A stretch of DNA of 56,218 bases from Okamejei kenojei. Lineage: Eukaryota. Within the stretch, counting starts at the first letter, position 1. Every line of letters begins with the position of its first letter. The notes below the pieces were generated by a model, which had not been told where the DNA came from, did no database searches, and was given only the letters and a program-made list of their open reading frames with translations. The stretch is taken from NCBI GenBank assembly GCA_035221665.1, contig CM069142.1:73966001-74022218 (forward strand), read 5' to 3'. This document shows, piece by piece, positions 1 through 11,824 of this stretch. Position numbers and translations under genes: made by a program.

Positions 1-14
1 AATCTTACTATTTT

Positions 15-1538
15 AACCCCCTCTATATTGCTCAGTATAAATGAATCTGATGTTATTTCCTGCCATTGTTTAAGAAACAAGTGTAATCTGCCCCCAATTT
101 GAACATCTATTTCACTTGATTTATATTCCTTAGGAGCAAAATTTCTCACCTGCATATGTCCTGGCTGCCCTTGTTGCCCCCGGCCCTTTGTAGGGAAAGT
201 CATCCTTCCGCTCATGCCTGTGGCAGGCTGCCAGCTCCGAGATTGCGAAGCTGAGTGGCTGGTCCCTTCCCCGGCGTCCGTGATGGTACCCCGCCGATAG
301 GAAAAAAAACCTTTTTTTCCAAGTTTGCCACTCGGCTTGATGAGGCCCATAGTTCTTACTTCCTCATGGAGTTCTTTAACTCGCTTGGCAAGATCCCCGC
401 CAAACAAAAGGTTAGGCGGTTGTGCGCTGGTCGGCTTACATAATGATGCCAGTTTAGGGTTTATGACTGGGCGTATAGCACTCCTCTTTATGTTATTAAA
501 CTCAAAATATGCACTACACAGTAATCCCAGCGCACCCTGGTGGGCTTCTCTCATATGTCCCTTATCTACAGTGGTAGCAAATACCGTGAGCCCTGCTGAA
601 AGCAATTTAAGTACTTTTTGAAACTTCAGTTCTTGGGATCTTGCTGAAACCCCCAGCTGTGTCCATATGAGATGGTTTACCATCGGCACTTTTAGCAAAC
701 CACAATTAATTGGGGCTTCATATTTTTTAGCCGCCTTGTCCATCGCCAACTCTTGAAGCTGATGTGAGAGCATATATTGAATGGCTGCCGCCAATTCTTC
801 CCCTAACGGCTCCCCTGCCTCTCTGGGGACTGCAAATTTCTCCGCTATATTCGGAATGATTTCTAGATCCACTCCCTTGTGGCTCTCCCCAGCCACTGAT
901 TCGGATTCAGTGAACTGCTGAGCCAGTATACCCTCCTCTTCAAATGCTGGGTAGTCTTGCAGCCCTATTATAGGCACTGCTAGCACAGGCTCTCCACTAG
1001 CCAGGCGTGGTCACCACTCCTCCTCACGGAGTGCGTCCCTGTCGAGCATCTTTTGTAATAAGACCTTGACCTGGGAGAGCTGTGAGCAAACGGTCTCTCC
1101 TTGTGAAGGTAAAACCTCCAGGCCCGACTTTGGGTCAACGGACCTATTTGATTTTTTAGTAGCCTTGTGCCCTACCCGCGTGGCTACGCTGCTCACCGGC
1201 AGCGGGTTCGGTGTCGCTAGCTCCATTGCTGGCGATGGACTTGGTGACCTAGGCGGGCATCCGCTAACCACACTATCACGGTCCTCGAACCTTTTTCCTG
1301 CGGATCACCTCGCCAACGCCTTCTTCACTTTCTGCATCATTTTAACGGTCTACACCCTACCGCTAAAACAGAAAGTGAGCACAAGAAAAAGTTTGAAAAC
1401 TTACCTTGTGTTTTAAACTTACCGCTTGGAGGAGGCCTTATCCAACCGGCCGACTGCACCAATGCGTCTGACGTAATGACGCACGTGCGGCTGGACGGGG
1501 TTCTACACGTAGTCATTCACGTGACTCCGAAGTAAAAT
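15..1538 (-). mobile_element. DIRS-type retrotransposon, 5' part (terminus, gag-like ORF, start of RT)
   Basis: Terminus CACGTAGTCATTCACGTGACTCCGAAGTAAAAT (1506-1538) matches the right end and ICR of the 27-32 kb DIRS; minus strand near 15-105 reads VQIGGRLHLFLKQWQEITSDSFILSNIEGVKI, typical of the DIRS pol start. Confidence 0.75.
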
Positions 1539-2179
1539 GTATTTTGTGTGTTCTGTTGCTTTTTATGGTATGACTGTACGGCAAAACAAATTTCTCATAT
1601 GTTGCAAAACTCCGACATTCCAGAGAAAACAATCCACGGATATCCAATCTCTCCCTATGGCTGATCCAGGCAGCATTCTGGTTAACCTGTTTTGTACCTG
1701 CTCCAAAACCTCCATTCCTTCCCTTTAATGGGGTGATCAGATCTGTACTCAATACTCCAATTGCGGCCTCATCAAACTCATATAGAACTGCATCATGACT
1801 TCCTGACCCTTATGCCCAATACCCCTAGCAATGAACGCAAGCATATCATACATCCACTTTACCATCTACATGTGCTGCCAACTGCAGCGAGCTATGAACT
1901 TGGACCCCAAGATCCCTCAGCACATCCATTTTCTTCAGAATCTAGCAATTTACTGTATAAAACAGCCATTCATTGATGACCATTGAATGGTGGTGGATTC
2001 TCGTAAATTAAAATGGATTTAAGATGGTAAGCGATGATCAAATGTGAGGGAAATGCCTTTTCCGATTTAAATGGAAACTGATTATAATATGTTCACTGTG
2101 GAGGAATGATGTGTTGTTTCCAAGACCATATGTAATAACAAACGGGATTGAAGCATCTTTTATATGCAGCGCCTAGCCA

Positions 2180-4340
2180 AATATTATTAACTAACTATTA
2201 AGAGACGTTGAGGGTATGAGTCGGGAATGGGCTAGGATAGACTGGATAGGATAGGCAAATTATACTTATGGTGTTGATGGTGGAGATGCAATCGCAAATA
2301 TTTAAAGACCGCATTGATGAACTCCAAAATGTGTTCATCCCCAGCTAGAGAAAGAAATAATATGGGGAAGGCGGCTCAACGTGACTAACGAGGGAATCAA
2401 TCCAAGGAAGAGGTTATATACTGTAAAATTGGCTAGAGGACTGGGAGAAATTTAGAACTCAACAGGGGAGGAAACAAGGGTTAATTAAGTGCGGGAAAAG
2501 AGAGCATGAAAGAATGCTTGTGTGGAATATCAAATCTTTAGATATGTAAAAAGGAAAAGATCAGTGAATAAAATTTAAGTCACTTACAATCAGAGACAGG
2601 TGAATTTCTAATGGAAAGCAAGGAAATGGCAGAACAGTTAAATGTGTACTTCGGTTCAGTATTCACTACGGAAGACACAAACGATCCCCCAGAAATACTA
2701 GGGGACCGAGGTGGGGTGACGGAGGAAACTGAAGGAAATCCACATTAGGCAGGAAATGGTGTTGGATAGACTGATGGGACTGAAGGCTGATAATTCCCAG
2801 GGCCTGATGATCTGCATCCCAGGGTATTTAAGGAAGTGGCTCTAGAAATCATGGATGCATTGGTGATAATTTTCCAATGTTCTATAGACTCAGGATCAGT
2901 TCCTGTGGATTGGAGGGTAGCTAATGTTATCCCACTTTTTAAGAAAGGCGGGAGAGAGAAAACGGGGAATTATAGACCAGTTAGCCTGACGTCGATGGTG
3001 GGGAAGATGCTGGAGTCAATTATAAAAGATGAGATAGCCACACATTTGGACAGCAGTAACAGGATCGGTCCGAGTCAGCAAGGGGAAATCATGCTTGACT
3101 AATCTTCTGGAATGTTTTGAAGATGTACTCGGAAAATGGACAAGGGAGAGCCAGTAGTGGTAGTGTACCTGGACTTTCAGAAAGCATTTGCTAAGGTCCC
3201 ACACAGGAGATTAGTGGGCAAAATTAGGGCACATGGTATTGGGGGTATAGTGCTGACATGGATAGAGAAGTGATTGGCAGACAGGAAACAAAGAGTAGGG
3301 ATTAACGGGTCCCTTTCAGAATGGCGGGCAGTGACTGGTGGGGTACCGCAAGGCTCGGTGCTGGGACCGCAGCTATTTACAATATACATCAATGATTTGG
3401 ATGAAGGGATTCAAAGTAATATTAGCAAATTTGCAGATGACACAAAGCTGGGTGGCAGTGTGAACTGTGAGGAGGATGCTATGAGAATGCAGGGTGACTT
3501 GGACAAGTTGGGGGAGTGGGCAGATGCATGGCAGATGAAGTTTAATGCGGATAAATGTGAGGTTATCCACTTCGGTAGCAAAAACAGAAAGGCAGATTAC
3601 TATCTAAATGCCGTCAAGTTGGGAAAAGGGGAAGAACAATGGGATCTGGGGGTCCTTGTACATCAGTCTATGAAAGTAAGCATGCAGGTACAGCAGGCAG
3701 TGAAGAAAGCGAATGTTGGTATACCAAGAGAAATTGAATATAGGAGCAAAGAGGTCCTTCTGCTGTTGTACAGAGCCCTAGTGAGACCACACCTGGAGTG
3801 TTGTGTGCAGTTTTGGATCCCTAATTTGAGGAAGGACATTCTTGCTATTGAGGAAGTGCAGCATAGGTTTACAAGGTTAATTCCCGGGATGGCAGGACTG
3901 TCATATGCTGAGAGAATGGAGTGGCTGGGCTTGTTCACTCTGGAGTTTAGAAGGATGAGAGGGGATCTCATTGAGACATATAAGATTGTTATGGGCTTGG
4001 ACACACTAGAGCCAGGAAACATGTCCCGATGTTGGGGCCACAGTTTAAGAATACGGAGTAAGCCATTTAGAACGGAGATGAGGAAACACTTTTTCTCACA
4101 GAGAGTTGTGAGTCTGTGGAATTCTCTGCCTCAGGGGGCGGTGCAGGCAGGTTCTCTGGATGCTTTAAAGAGAGAGCTAGATATGGCTCTTAAAAAATAG
4201 TTAGTCAGGTGATATAGGGAGAAGGCAGGAAAGGGGTACTGATTGGGGATGATCAGCCATGATCACATTGAATGGGGGTGCTGGCTCAAAGGACCAAATG
4301 GCCTACTCCTGCACCTATTGTCTATTGTCTATTTTCTATT
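2180..4340 (+). mobile_element. CR1 LINE, 5'-truncated (ORF2 RT and 3' end)
   Basis: NYRPVSLTS, GVPQGSVLGP and FADD motifs in ORFs 2836-3102 and 3274-4200; tandem CTATTGT-type 3' tail. Confidence 0.92.
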
Positions 4341-5877
4341 GATTTAGTGGGAGTGAGGAACTGAAGGGAACCCATATTAGCCAGGAAATGGTGTTAGGTA
4401 AACTGTTGGGGCTGAAGACAGATAAATCCGCAGGGCCTGATGGTCTGCATCCCAGAGTACTCAAGGAGGTGGCCCTAGAAATCATTTTGAGACTTTTTCC
4501 AATATTCTCCTGACTGGATCAGTTCCTGTGTACTGGAGGTAGCTGTCGTATCTCCACTTTTTAAGAAAGGAGGGAGAGAGAAAACTGGGAATTATAGACC
4601 AGTTAGCCTTGTATCGGTAGTGGGGAAGATGCTGGAGTCAATTGTTAAAGATGTTACAGCGGCGCATTTGGAAAGCAGTGACAGGATTGGTCAAAGTCCG
4701 CATGGATTTATGAAGGGGAAATCATGCTTGACTAATCTTCTGGAATTTTTTGAGGATGAGGATAACAAGAAGAATGGATAAGGGCGAGCCAGTGGATGTG
4801 GGGTATCTGGACTTTCAAAAAGCCTTTGACAAGGTCCCACACAAGAGATTAATGTGCAAAATTAGATCACATGGTATTGGGGGAAGGTTATTGATATGGA
4901 TAGAGAACTTGTTGGCAGATTGGAAGCAAAAAGTAGGCATTAATTGGTCCTTTTTAGAATGCCAGGCAGTGACAAATGATGTGTGGCAAGTCTCGGTGTT
5001 GGGACCCCAGTTATTTACAATATTTATTAACGATTTAGACGAGGGAATTAAAGGTGTCATTTCCAAGTTACGTTTTCGGATGACACAAAGCTGGGTGGCA
5101 ATGGGAGCTGTGATGAGGATGCTATGAGGCTGCAAGATAACTTAAAATAAGACAGATGCATGCAGTATAATGTGGATACATGTGAGGTTACCCAGTTTGG
5201 TGGCAAGAACAGGAAGGCAGTTTATTATCTGAATGGTGTCAGATTTGGAAAAGGGGTAGTGCAACGAGACCTGGGTGTGCTTGTACATCAGTCACCGAAA
5301 GTAAGCATGAAGGTACGGCAGCAGTGAAGAAAGCGGAATGGCAAGGATTTGAGTTTCGGAGCAAGGAGGTCTTACTGGCAGTTGTACAGGGCCTAGTGAG
5401 ACGACACCTGGAGTATTGTGTGCAATTTTGGTCTCCAAATTTCAGGAAGGACATTATTGCCATTGAGGAGGTGCAGCGTAGACTCACCAGGTTAATTCCC
5501 GGGATGGCGGGACTGAGAGGCTAGATGCAGGAAACATGTTTCCCGACGTTGGGGGCAGCCAGAACCAGGGGTCACGGTTTAAGAATAAGGGATAGGCCAT
5601 GTAGGACTGAGATGAGGATAAAAAAATTCACCCAGGGAGTTGTGAATCTGTGGAATTCTCTGCCACAGAAGGCAGCGAGGCCAATTCACTGGATCTTTTC
5701 GAGAGAGAGTTAGATTTAGCTCTTATGACTTATGGAATGAAGGGATATGGGGAAAAAGCAGGAACAGGGTACTGCATTTAAATGATCAGCCATGATTATG
5801 TTGAATGGTGGTTCCTGTTCAAAGGGCCGAATGGCCTACTCCTGCACATATTTTCTATGTTTCCTCTATGTTTCTAA
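4341..5877 (+). mobile_element. CR1 LINE, second tandem 5'-truncated copy
   Basis: Repeats the RT region (YLDFQKAFDKVPH) and ends in a TTTCTATG-type tail; internal deletion near 5518. Confidence 0.9.
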
Positions 5878-5976
5878 CACATGACGCGTCCAGTATCAAG
5901 AATGTATAATTTCCATAAATGCCGAGAGCGGTACAATTAAATTCTTACTTGGGCCTGGACGTACATGGCAGTGGAT

Positions 5977-6117
5977 CGTGTATGTGTGCTGCTATGTGTG
6001 TGTGTGTGTGTGCGTGAGTGTGTGTTAGTGTGAGTGTGTGTGAGTGTGTGTATTTGTGCGTGCGTCCTTGTGTGAGAGTGTGTGTGTGTATGCGTGTGTG
6101 AGTAAGTGTATGTGTGT
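5977..6117. repeat. Imperfect (TG)n microsatellite
   Basis: Direct inspection. Confidence 0.9.
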
Positions 6118-6789
6118 TAATAATGAAAATCCTACAGTGGAGGTGTGGAAAGAACTCGATTCCTCCATTGACCTCACGTGCTTAGACATTTCTTCAAGTG
6201 GAGATTCAAGTGGACAGCAAAATAATATTCTGAAATGAATCCGTAAATATAAAATCACATAATTTTATTTGAACAAGATATGATAAAATCGACTCCCTCT
6301 GAGAATTCAGTTGATTCGCACCAACTGCCAATATCGTTAAAACATATAATCGCCATCGATAATTATATCTTCGTTGCCTTGTTTGTGTTGCTCTAAAAAT
6401 GGCTGGAAACAGAGATGAGCTGATTTAAATAAACACTGATTTAAACAGCCCCAGACCCAGGTTCGCTCACTGAAGGACAGAAACAGAATCAATGTTTCCC
6501 CAGAGGCGGAAAACAGATAAAGTGAGAAAGAAATGCAAATCTCTGAACAGATTACATCAGAGACATTTATTTTAAATTGTCAACGTTCTCTCCTGTAAAA
6601 AAAAAGTTGAAGTGCATATGGATGATATTCGTCAATAATATTTTCTACAAAGCTAGGTTAACTGAGAACACGTATCATATCCCTTTATTTACCAGCAATG
6701 GCTGGGATCAATAACATTCTCTGCATACACGTGACAAATTCACAGATACATAGAAAATACAATGACAAATTAAAATTTAAGTCATAGAA

Positions 6790-9110
6790 GAACACCCAAA
6801 GATTGAACCTTCTTAACCAACCATCCATGGGGAACCTTGTCAAAAGCCTTACTGAAATCCATATAGACAACATCCACTGCTTTACCCTCATCAATTTCCC
6901 TAGTTACCGCTTAAAAAAATTCAAGAAGGTTTGTCAAACATGACCTTCCAGGCACAAATCCATGATGACTGTTCCTGATCAGACCCTGTTTATCCAGATG
7001 CTTATATATATTATCTCTAAGTATCCTTTCCATTAATTTGCCCACCACTGACGTCAAACTAACAGGTCTATAATTGCTAGGTTTATTCTTTGAACCCTTT
7101 TTAAACAATGGAACAACATGCGCAGTATGCCAATCCTCCGGCACTATTCCCGTTTCTAATGACATTTGAAATATTTCTGTCATAGCTCCTGCTATTTCTA
7201 CACGAACTTCCCTCAATGTCCTAGGGAATATCCTGTCAGGACCTTGAGACTTATCCACTTTTATATTTTTCAAAAGTGTCAGTACTTCCTCCTCTTTGAA
7301 TCTCATAGTTTCCATAGCTACTCTAACTTTTTTTTCCCTTACCTCACAGAGTTCAATATCCTTCTCCTTGGTGAATACCGAAGAAAAGAAATTTGTTCAA
7401 TATCTCCCCCATCTCTTTTGGCTCTGCAGATAGCTGTCCATTCTGGTTCTCTAATGGTCCAATTTTATCCCTCGTTATCCTTTTGCTATTAATATAGCTG
7501 TAGAAACCCTTTGGATTTTACTTTCACCTTTCTTGCCAAAGCAACCTCATATCTTCTTTTAGCCTTCCTAATTTCTTTCTTAAGATTCTTTTTTACATTC
7601 TTTATACTCCTCTACACACTCATTTTACTCTATGCCTCCTATAAATTATTGTAGATATCTCTCTTTTTTTCGAAACAAGTGTCCAATTTCCCTTGAAAAA
7701 CCATGGCTCTTTCCAATTTTTACTATTTTCCTTTCAACCTAACAGGGACATAAAGATTCTGTACTCTTACAATTTCCCCTTTAAATGTCCTCCATTTCTC
7801 TTCTACATCTCTTCCCATGAAACAAAGTGTCCCAATTCACTCCTTTAAAATCCTTACGCATTCCCTCAAAGTTAGCCTTTAACCAATCAAAAATCTCCAC
7901 CCTAGGTCCAGTTTCTGACTCTCTCCATAATTATATTGAAACTAATGGTATTGTGGATCACTGTCCCGAAGTGCTCACCATCGCATACCTCCGTCACCCT
8001 GACCTGCCTCATTTCCTAACAGGAGGTCCAGCATTGCCCCTTCTCTGTCGATACCTCTATGTACTGCTGCAAAAAACTATCCTGCACACATTTTACAAAC
8101 TCCAAACCATCCAGCCCATTTTACCAGAATGTGTTTCCCAGTCTATTTTTGGAAAATTGAAATCTCCCACAATCACTACCTTGTGCTTACTACTAATATC
8201 TGCTATCTCCTTACATATTTGCTCTTCCAATTCTCGCTCCCCATTTGGCGGTCTATAATACACCCCCTAAAAGTGTTGCTATACCGTTCCCACTTCTCAG
8301 TTCCACCCAAATAGCCTCCCTAGATGAGCCCTCTAATCTATCCCTGCCAAAGCACTGCTGTAATATCTTCTCTGACAAGCAAATGCAACACCTCCCCCTC
8401 TGGTCCCTCCAATTCTATCACACCTGAAGCAACGAAATCCTGAATATTTAGTTTCCAATCACAGCCCTCCTGCAACCATGTTTCATTGATTGCCACAACA
8501 TCATATTTCCAGGTGTCAATCCAGGCTCTAAGTTCATTCCACCTTACTTACAATGCTCCTAGCATTAAAATATACACATTTTAGAAACCCACCATCCCTT
8601 ATTCTCTGTCTATTATCTTTTTCATCTTTCTCGCCTACATTTTGGGTCCGAGTGCTTCCCTTCTCTGCTCTTGCCCCACACCCTGACCCCTAGCCCCCTC
8701 TACCCGAGTCCCTCCCCCCAGCCTTTCTAGTTTAAAGTCTCCCCAGTAGCCTTTGCAAATTTCCCTGCCAGGATATTGGTTCCCCTCGGGTTCAAGTGCA
8801 ACCCGTCCTTTGTGTACAGATCATGCCAGAAGAGGTACCAGAAGAGATCCCAGTGATCAAGAAACTTGAATCCCTGCCCACTGCACCAGTCCCTCAGCCA
8901 CGCATTTACCCTCCACCTCATTCCATTCCTACTCTCACTGTCACGCGGCACAGGCAGTAATCCTGAAATCGTTACCCTTTTGGTCTTTGGTCTTAACTTT
9001 CCCCCCAACTCCCTAAATTCTCCCTTCAGGACCTCGTCAATTTTTCTGCCTATGTCATTGGTACCTATGTGTACCACAACATCAGGCTCCTCTCCCTCCC
9101 TTATCAGAAT
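6790..9110 (-). mobile_element. CR1 LINE fragment (ORF1 esterase, ORF2 endonuclease, start of RT)
   Basis: ORF 8727-9077 with VHIGTNDI and DGLHLN (SGNH esterase); ORF 6911-7315 with NYRPVSLTSVVGK. Confidence 0.88.
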
Positions 9111-9651
9111 CTTTTTTTTTGTTGAAGGAGTGTCGAAATGTTCGACACTCCTCGTGTTTTCCTCACTAATCGGTTAACTGCTGTTTCTATCTATCCCCTC
9201 CGATAACTCTAGTGGATTCTTCTTCAGATATCTCTATTAGATTTTTCCACACCATCCACCCAACCCGTGCAGTCTGAATCATTGAAACACTATCCAACAA
9301 ATATGCTCAGAATGTGCATATTTGTTGGATAGTTAGAATGTGCCTTCATTCAACTTTGCTCTTTGGAAGCAGCATCTGAAATCCAACACCAAATGAATCA
9401 TCCCTAATGCCGATAATTTCTTCAATCACTCCACAGATCTAAATTCCCCTCCTGCATTATGCCATCCATTAATTTCCTTCTGCTCTCTTAATGACATTTT
9501 AATATAATTTTATGTTTTGCTTTGTTATCAATTTTCCCCTACTGCCGTTTATGCAACCAATCTCGATATTGACATTGTATCTGTATGGCTGTATGGTGAC
9601 CACACATTTCACTGTCCAAACTGGTACATGTGTCAAATAAATGTATCTTGA

Positions 9652-10021
9652 GGGTACACAAAAAGCTGGAGAAACTCAGCGGGTGCAGCAGCATCTAAGG
9701 AGCGAAGGAGATAGGCGACGTTTTCGGTCGAGACCCTTCTTCAGACTGGTCAGGGATCAGGGAAACGAGAGATATAGACGGTGATGTGGAGAGATAAGGG
9801 AACAATGAGTGAAAGATATGCAAAAAAGTATCGGTGATAAAGGGAACAAGCCATTGTAAGCTGTTTTGTGGTGTGAAAATGAGAAGCTGGTGCGACTTGG
9901 GTGGGGGAGGGAGATAGAGATAGAGGGAATGCCAGGGCCCGAGGGCTGAGGGAGAGGTGGGAAGGGAGGAGACAGCAAGGTTAACAGAATTGAGAAAATT
10001 CATATTCAAGCCCAAAGATGC
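9652..10021 (-). mobile_element. Penelope-like element terminal (pLTR) fragment with 13-bp TSD
   Basis: Near-identical to 11825-12180; flanked by AAATGTATCTTGA at 9639-9651 and 10022-10034. Confidence 0.8.
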
Positions 10022-10091
10022 AAATGTATCTTGATATTGGGATGGACAGTCCCCAATATTGTTCGAACGGCTTCATGTTGATAACAACGAA

Positions 10092-10278
10092 TGTGTAGGA
10101 AAGAACTGTAGATGCTGCTTTAAATCGAAGCTCGAAACAAAATGCTGGAGTAACTCAGCGGGACAGGCAGTATCTCTGGAGGTCTGAAAGGAGGATCTCG
10201 ACCCAAAACGTCACACCATTCCTTCTCTCCAGAGATGCTGCCTGTCCCGCTGAGTTTCTCCAGCATTTTGTGTCCACC
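10092..10278. mobile_element. Fold-back Penelope-terminus mini-element
   Basis: Inverted arms of about 44 bp (10137-10180 and 10228-10271) around a degenerate CTGA...AAAACGTC core. Confidence 0.65.
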
Positions 10279-10599
10279 TAACAATGAAGGCAGGTCTGTC
10301 TGCCTGGTCTTTCTTGTTCAAATATTTTTCTCACCTCTCCTCGCTCCCCCTCTCACACACGCAAGCCACACGCACACCCAGAAGCATATTAATATAAATT
10401 TGAGAAATTCCGAACATATTTTACGAAAAAACTGCACTATGAAACCAATCTTGAAACCATTTTATTTACAACTATACCATGAGTTTATATTGTGTAAGGG
10501 GCGGAAAAGCACGCTGTTTTATTAACCTCTTGTGCATCTGTATCAGTTAATAGATTGTAGAAAGCGTGAGCCCATCTTGCTGTTGAGTTGGGAGCCGAG

Positions 10600-10766
10600 T
10601 CTCAGCTCCGCCCGCTGCACCACTCGGTTTACAGGCCCCACCCACAGCCGCACCCTCTTTTGCCGGATATTTAATTCTCCCTGAGAGGGTCCGAAATCCA
10701 ACTTCATTGCAGTTGGTTTGTTGCGAGGTTCTATACAGAAACAACCGGGTCACAATTCCCAGCGGG
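10600..10766 (+). promoter_or_regulatory. Putative VH promoter
   Basis: GC box CCGCCC near 10608, CACCC motifs, and TATA-like TATTTAA at 10668-10674 about 95 nt upstream of the leader ATG; no octamer in the proximal region. Confidence 0.55.
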
Positions 10767-10812
10767 ATGAGGTCGGTGGTTTCACTGAATCTGTTCCTGG
10801 CGTTAATAGTCC
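10767..10812 (+). pseudogene. IgW: Ig VH leader exon (MRSVVSLNLFLALIV, phase 1)
   Basis: ATG, hydrophobic signal peptide, donor C|GTGAGT; 166-nt intron to acceptor ACTTGCAG at 10978, after which the frame continues R-V-H-S-D-V-V-L. Confidence 0.9.
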
Positions 10813-11227
10813 GTGAGTAATGAGCTGGACACGCAAGTTTCTCAGTGGTATATCCACTGCACCATTCCCCTTCTACCCACTCTAGGACCCTCCCAATTTA
10901 TTTCCTATTAATAATAAGAGTCGGGGATCAATGGTCGATAATTTGTCCCCACCATTCAATGCCTTTTTTAACTTGCAGGCGTCCATTCCGATGTCGTTCT
11001 AATCAGCCCAAGACAGGGACCGCCCGTCCTGGAGGCTCCATCGCACTGACCTGCAAAACCAGCGGGTTCGATTTTCGCAGCTACTGGATGTCTTTGGTCC
11101 GTCAGGTCCCCGGGCAGGGGCTGGAGTGCCTGCTTCGCTACTACAATTCTGCTAACAAGAACATCGCTCCGGGGATATTGAGCCGATTTACTCCGTCCAA
11201 AGACAATTCGAATAATATGTTCACCGC

Positions 11228-11360
11228 TTTTTTTTAAAGAAGGAACTGCAGATGCTGGAGAATCGAGGGTACACAAAAAGCTGGAGAAACTCAGCGGGTG
11301 CAGCAGCATCTAAGGAGCGAAGGAGATAGGCGACGTTTCGGGTCGAGACCCTTCTTCAGA
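11228..11360 (-). mobile_element. Penelope pLTR fragment inserted in VH FR3
   Basis: Nearly identical to 9650-9745 and 11825-11920; splits NMFT from LRIEDTAVYY. Confidence 0.85.
11332..11359 (-). ncRNA. Minimal hammerhead ribozyme motif (Penelope-associated)
   Basis: Minus strand CTGAAGA-A-GGGT(CTCG)ACCC-GAAA-CGTC: CUGANGA and GAAA boxes, stem II, palindromic ACGU helix III, GUC site. Activity not shown. Confidence 0.65.
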
Positions 11361-11391
11361 CCTGAGGATCGAAGACACCGCTGTCTATTAC

Positions 11392-11425
11392 TGGGGAGGA
11401 GGCACCATATTGACGGTAACCAGCG
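11392..11425 (+). pseudogene. IgW: JH segment fused directly to V (WGGGTILTVTS)
   Basis: WGxG motif, TVTS end, phase-1 donor G|GTAAG at 11426; no RSS between V and J. Confidence 0.92.
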
Positions 11426-11824
11426 GTAAGAAACTTCATCCTATTCAGTATCTAAATGTATCCAGTTGTAATTTTACTCGATATTTCCAATAATTGTATT
11501 AAATTGTTCTTCTACATTAATTACCCATTCATTGCAATGTTGGATCGATGTTGCTTTAGAATGTTATGTGATTCCGCTCCAGATTTAAACTTGCCTTATG
11601 TGCTATGACTTCGATCCTTTGACGAAAACGGATGCGGTTTTAGTTCCTAATTAGTGGAAAAATGTGCATCAATTTGCTTTCACTGTGCTTTCTAATTGTT
11701 TTGAGATTGTTGTGGTCCTTGATCTGCGATGCATCGAAACTGTAATTTTTCTGATCAACAGCAGGTACTTCGTCTCAGTTTGTTTCTTATCAGCGCGTAT
11801 GAAACAAACGACAGAAACGGATAA

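Larger units (their letters stand above)
10979..11391 (+). pseudogene. IgW: IgW VH exon (interrupted)
   Basis: VHS-DVVL / [75 protein letters not shown]-[insert]-LRIEDTAVYY. One-base frameshift near 11000; conserved Trp positions read L and C. Confidence 0.93.

Noticed and set aside
6044-6238. ORF containing DLTC as a possible Ig exon remnant
   Set aside because: Starts in a TG microsatellite; lacks properly spaced Trp, second Cys and splice sites.
10845-11237. 130-aa ORF as an intact V protein
   Set aside because: Its N-terminus is leader-intron sequence and it ends inside the insertion; the true start is the leader exon at 10767.
10767-11425. Processed (retroposed) Ig pseudogene, or IgNAR/TCR V
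   Set aside because: Introns are retained; the WGxG J, VH-type FR2/CDR2 and a CH1 with an N-terminal Cys indicate a conventional heavy chain.
11681-11687. CACTGTG heptamer as the RSS of a second J
   Set aside because: No nonamer at 12 or 23 spacing and no WGxG segment follows.
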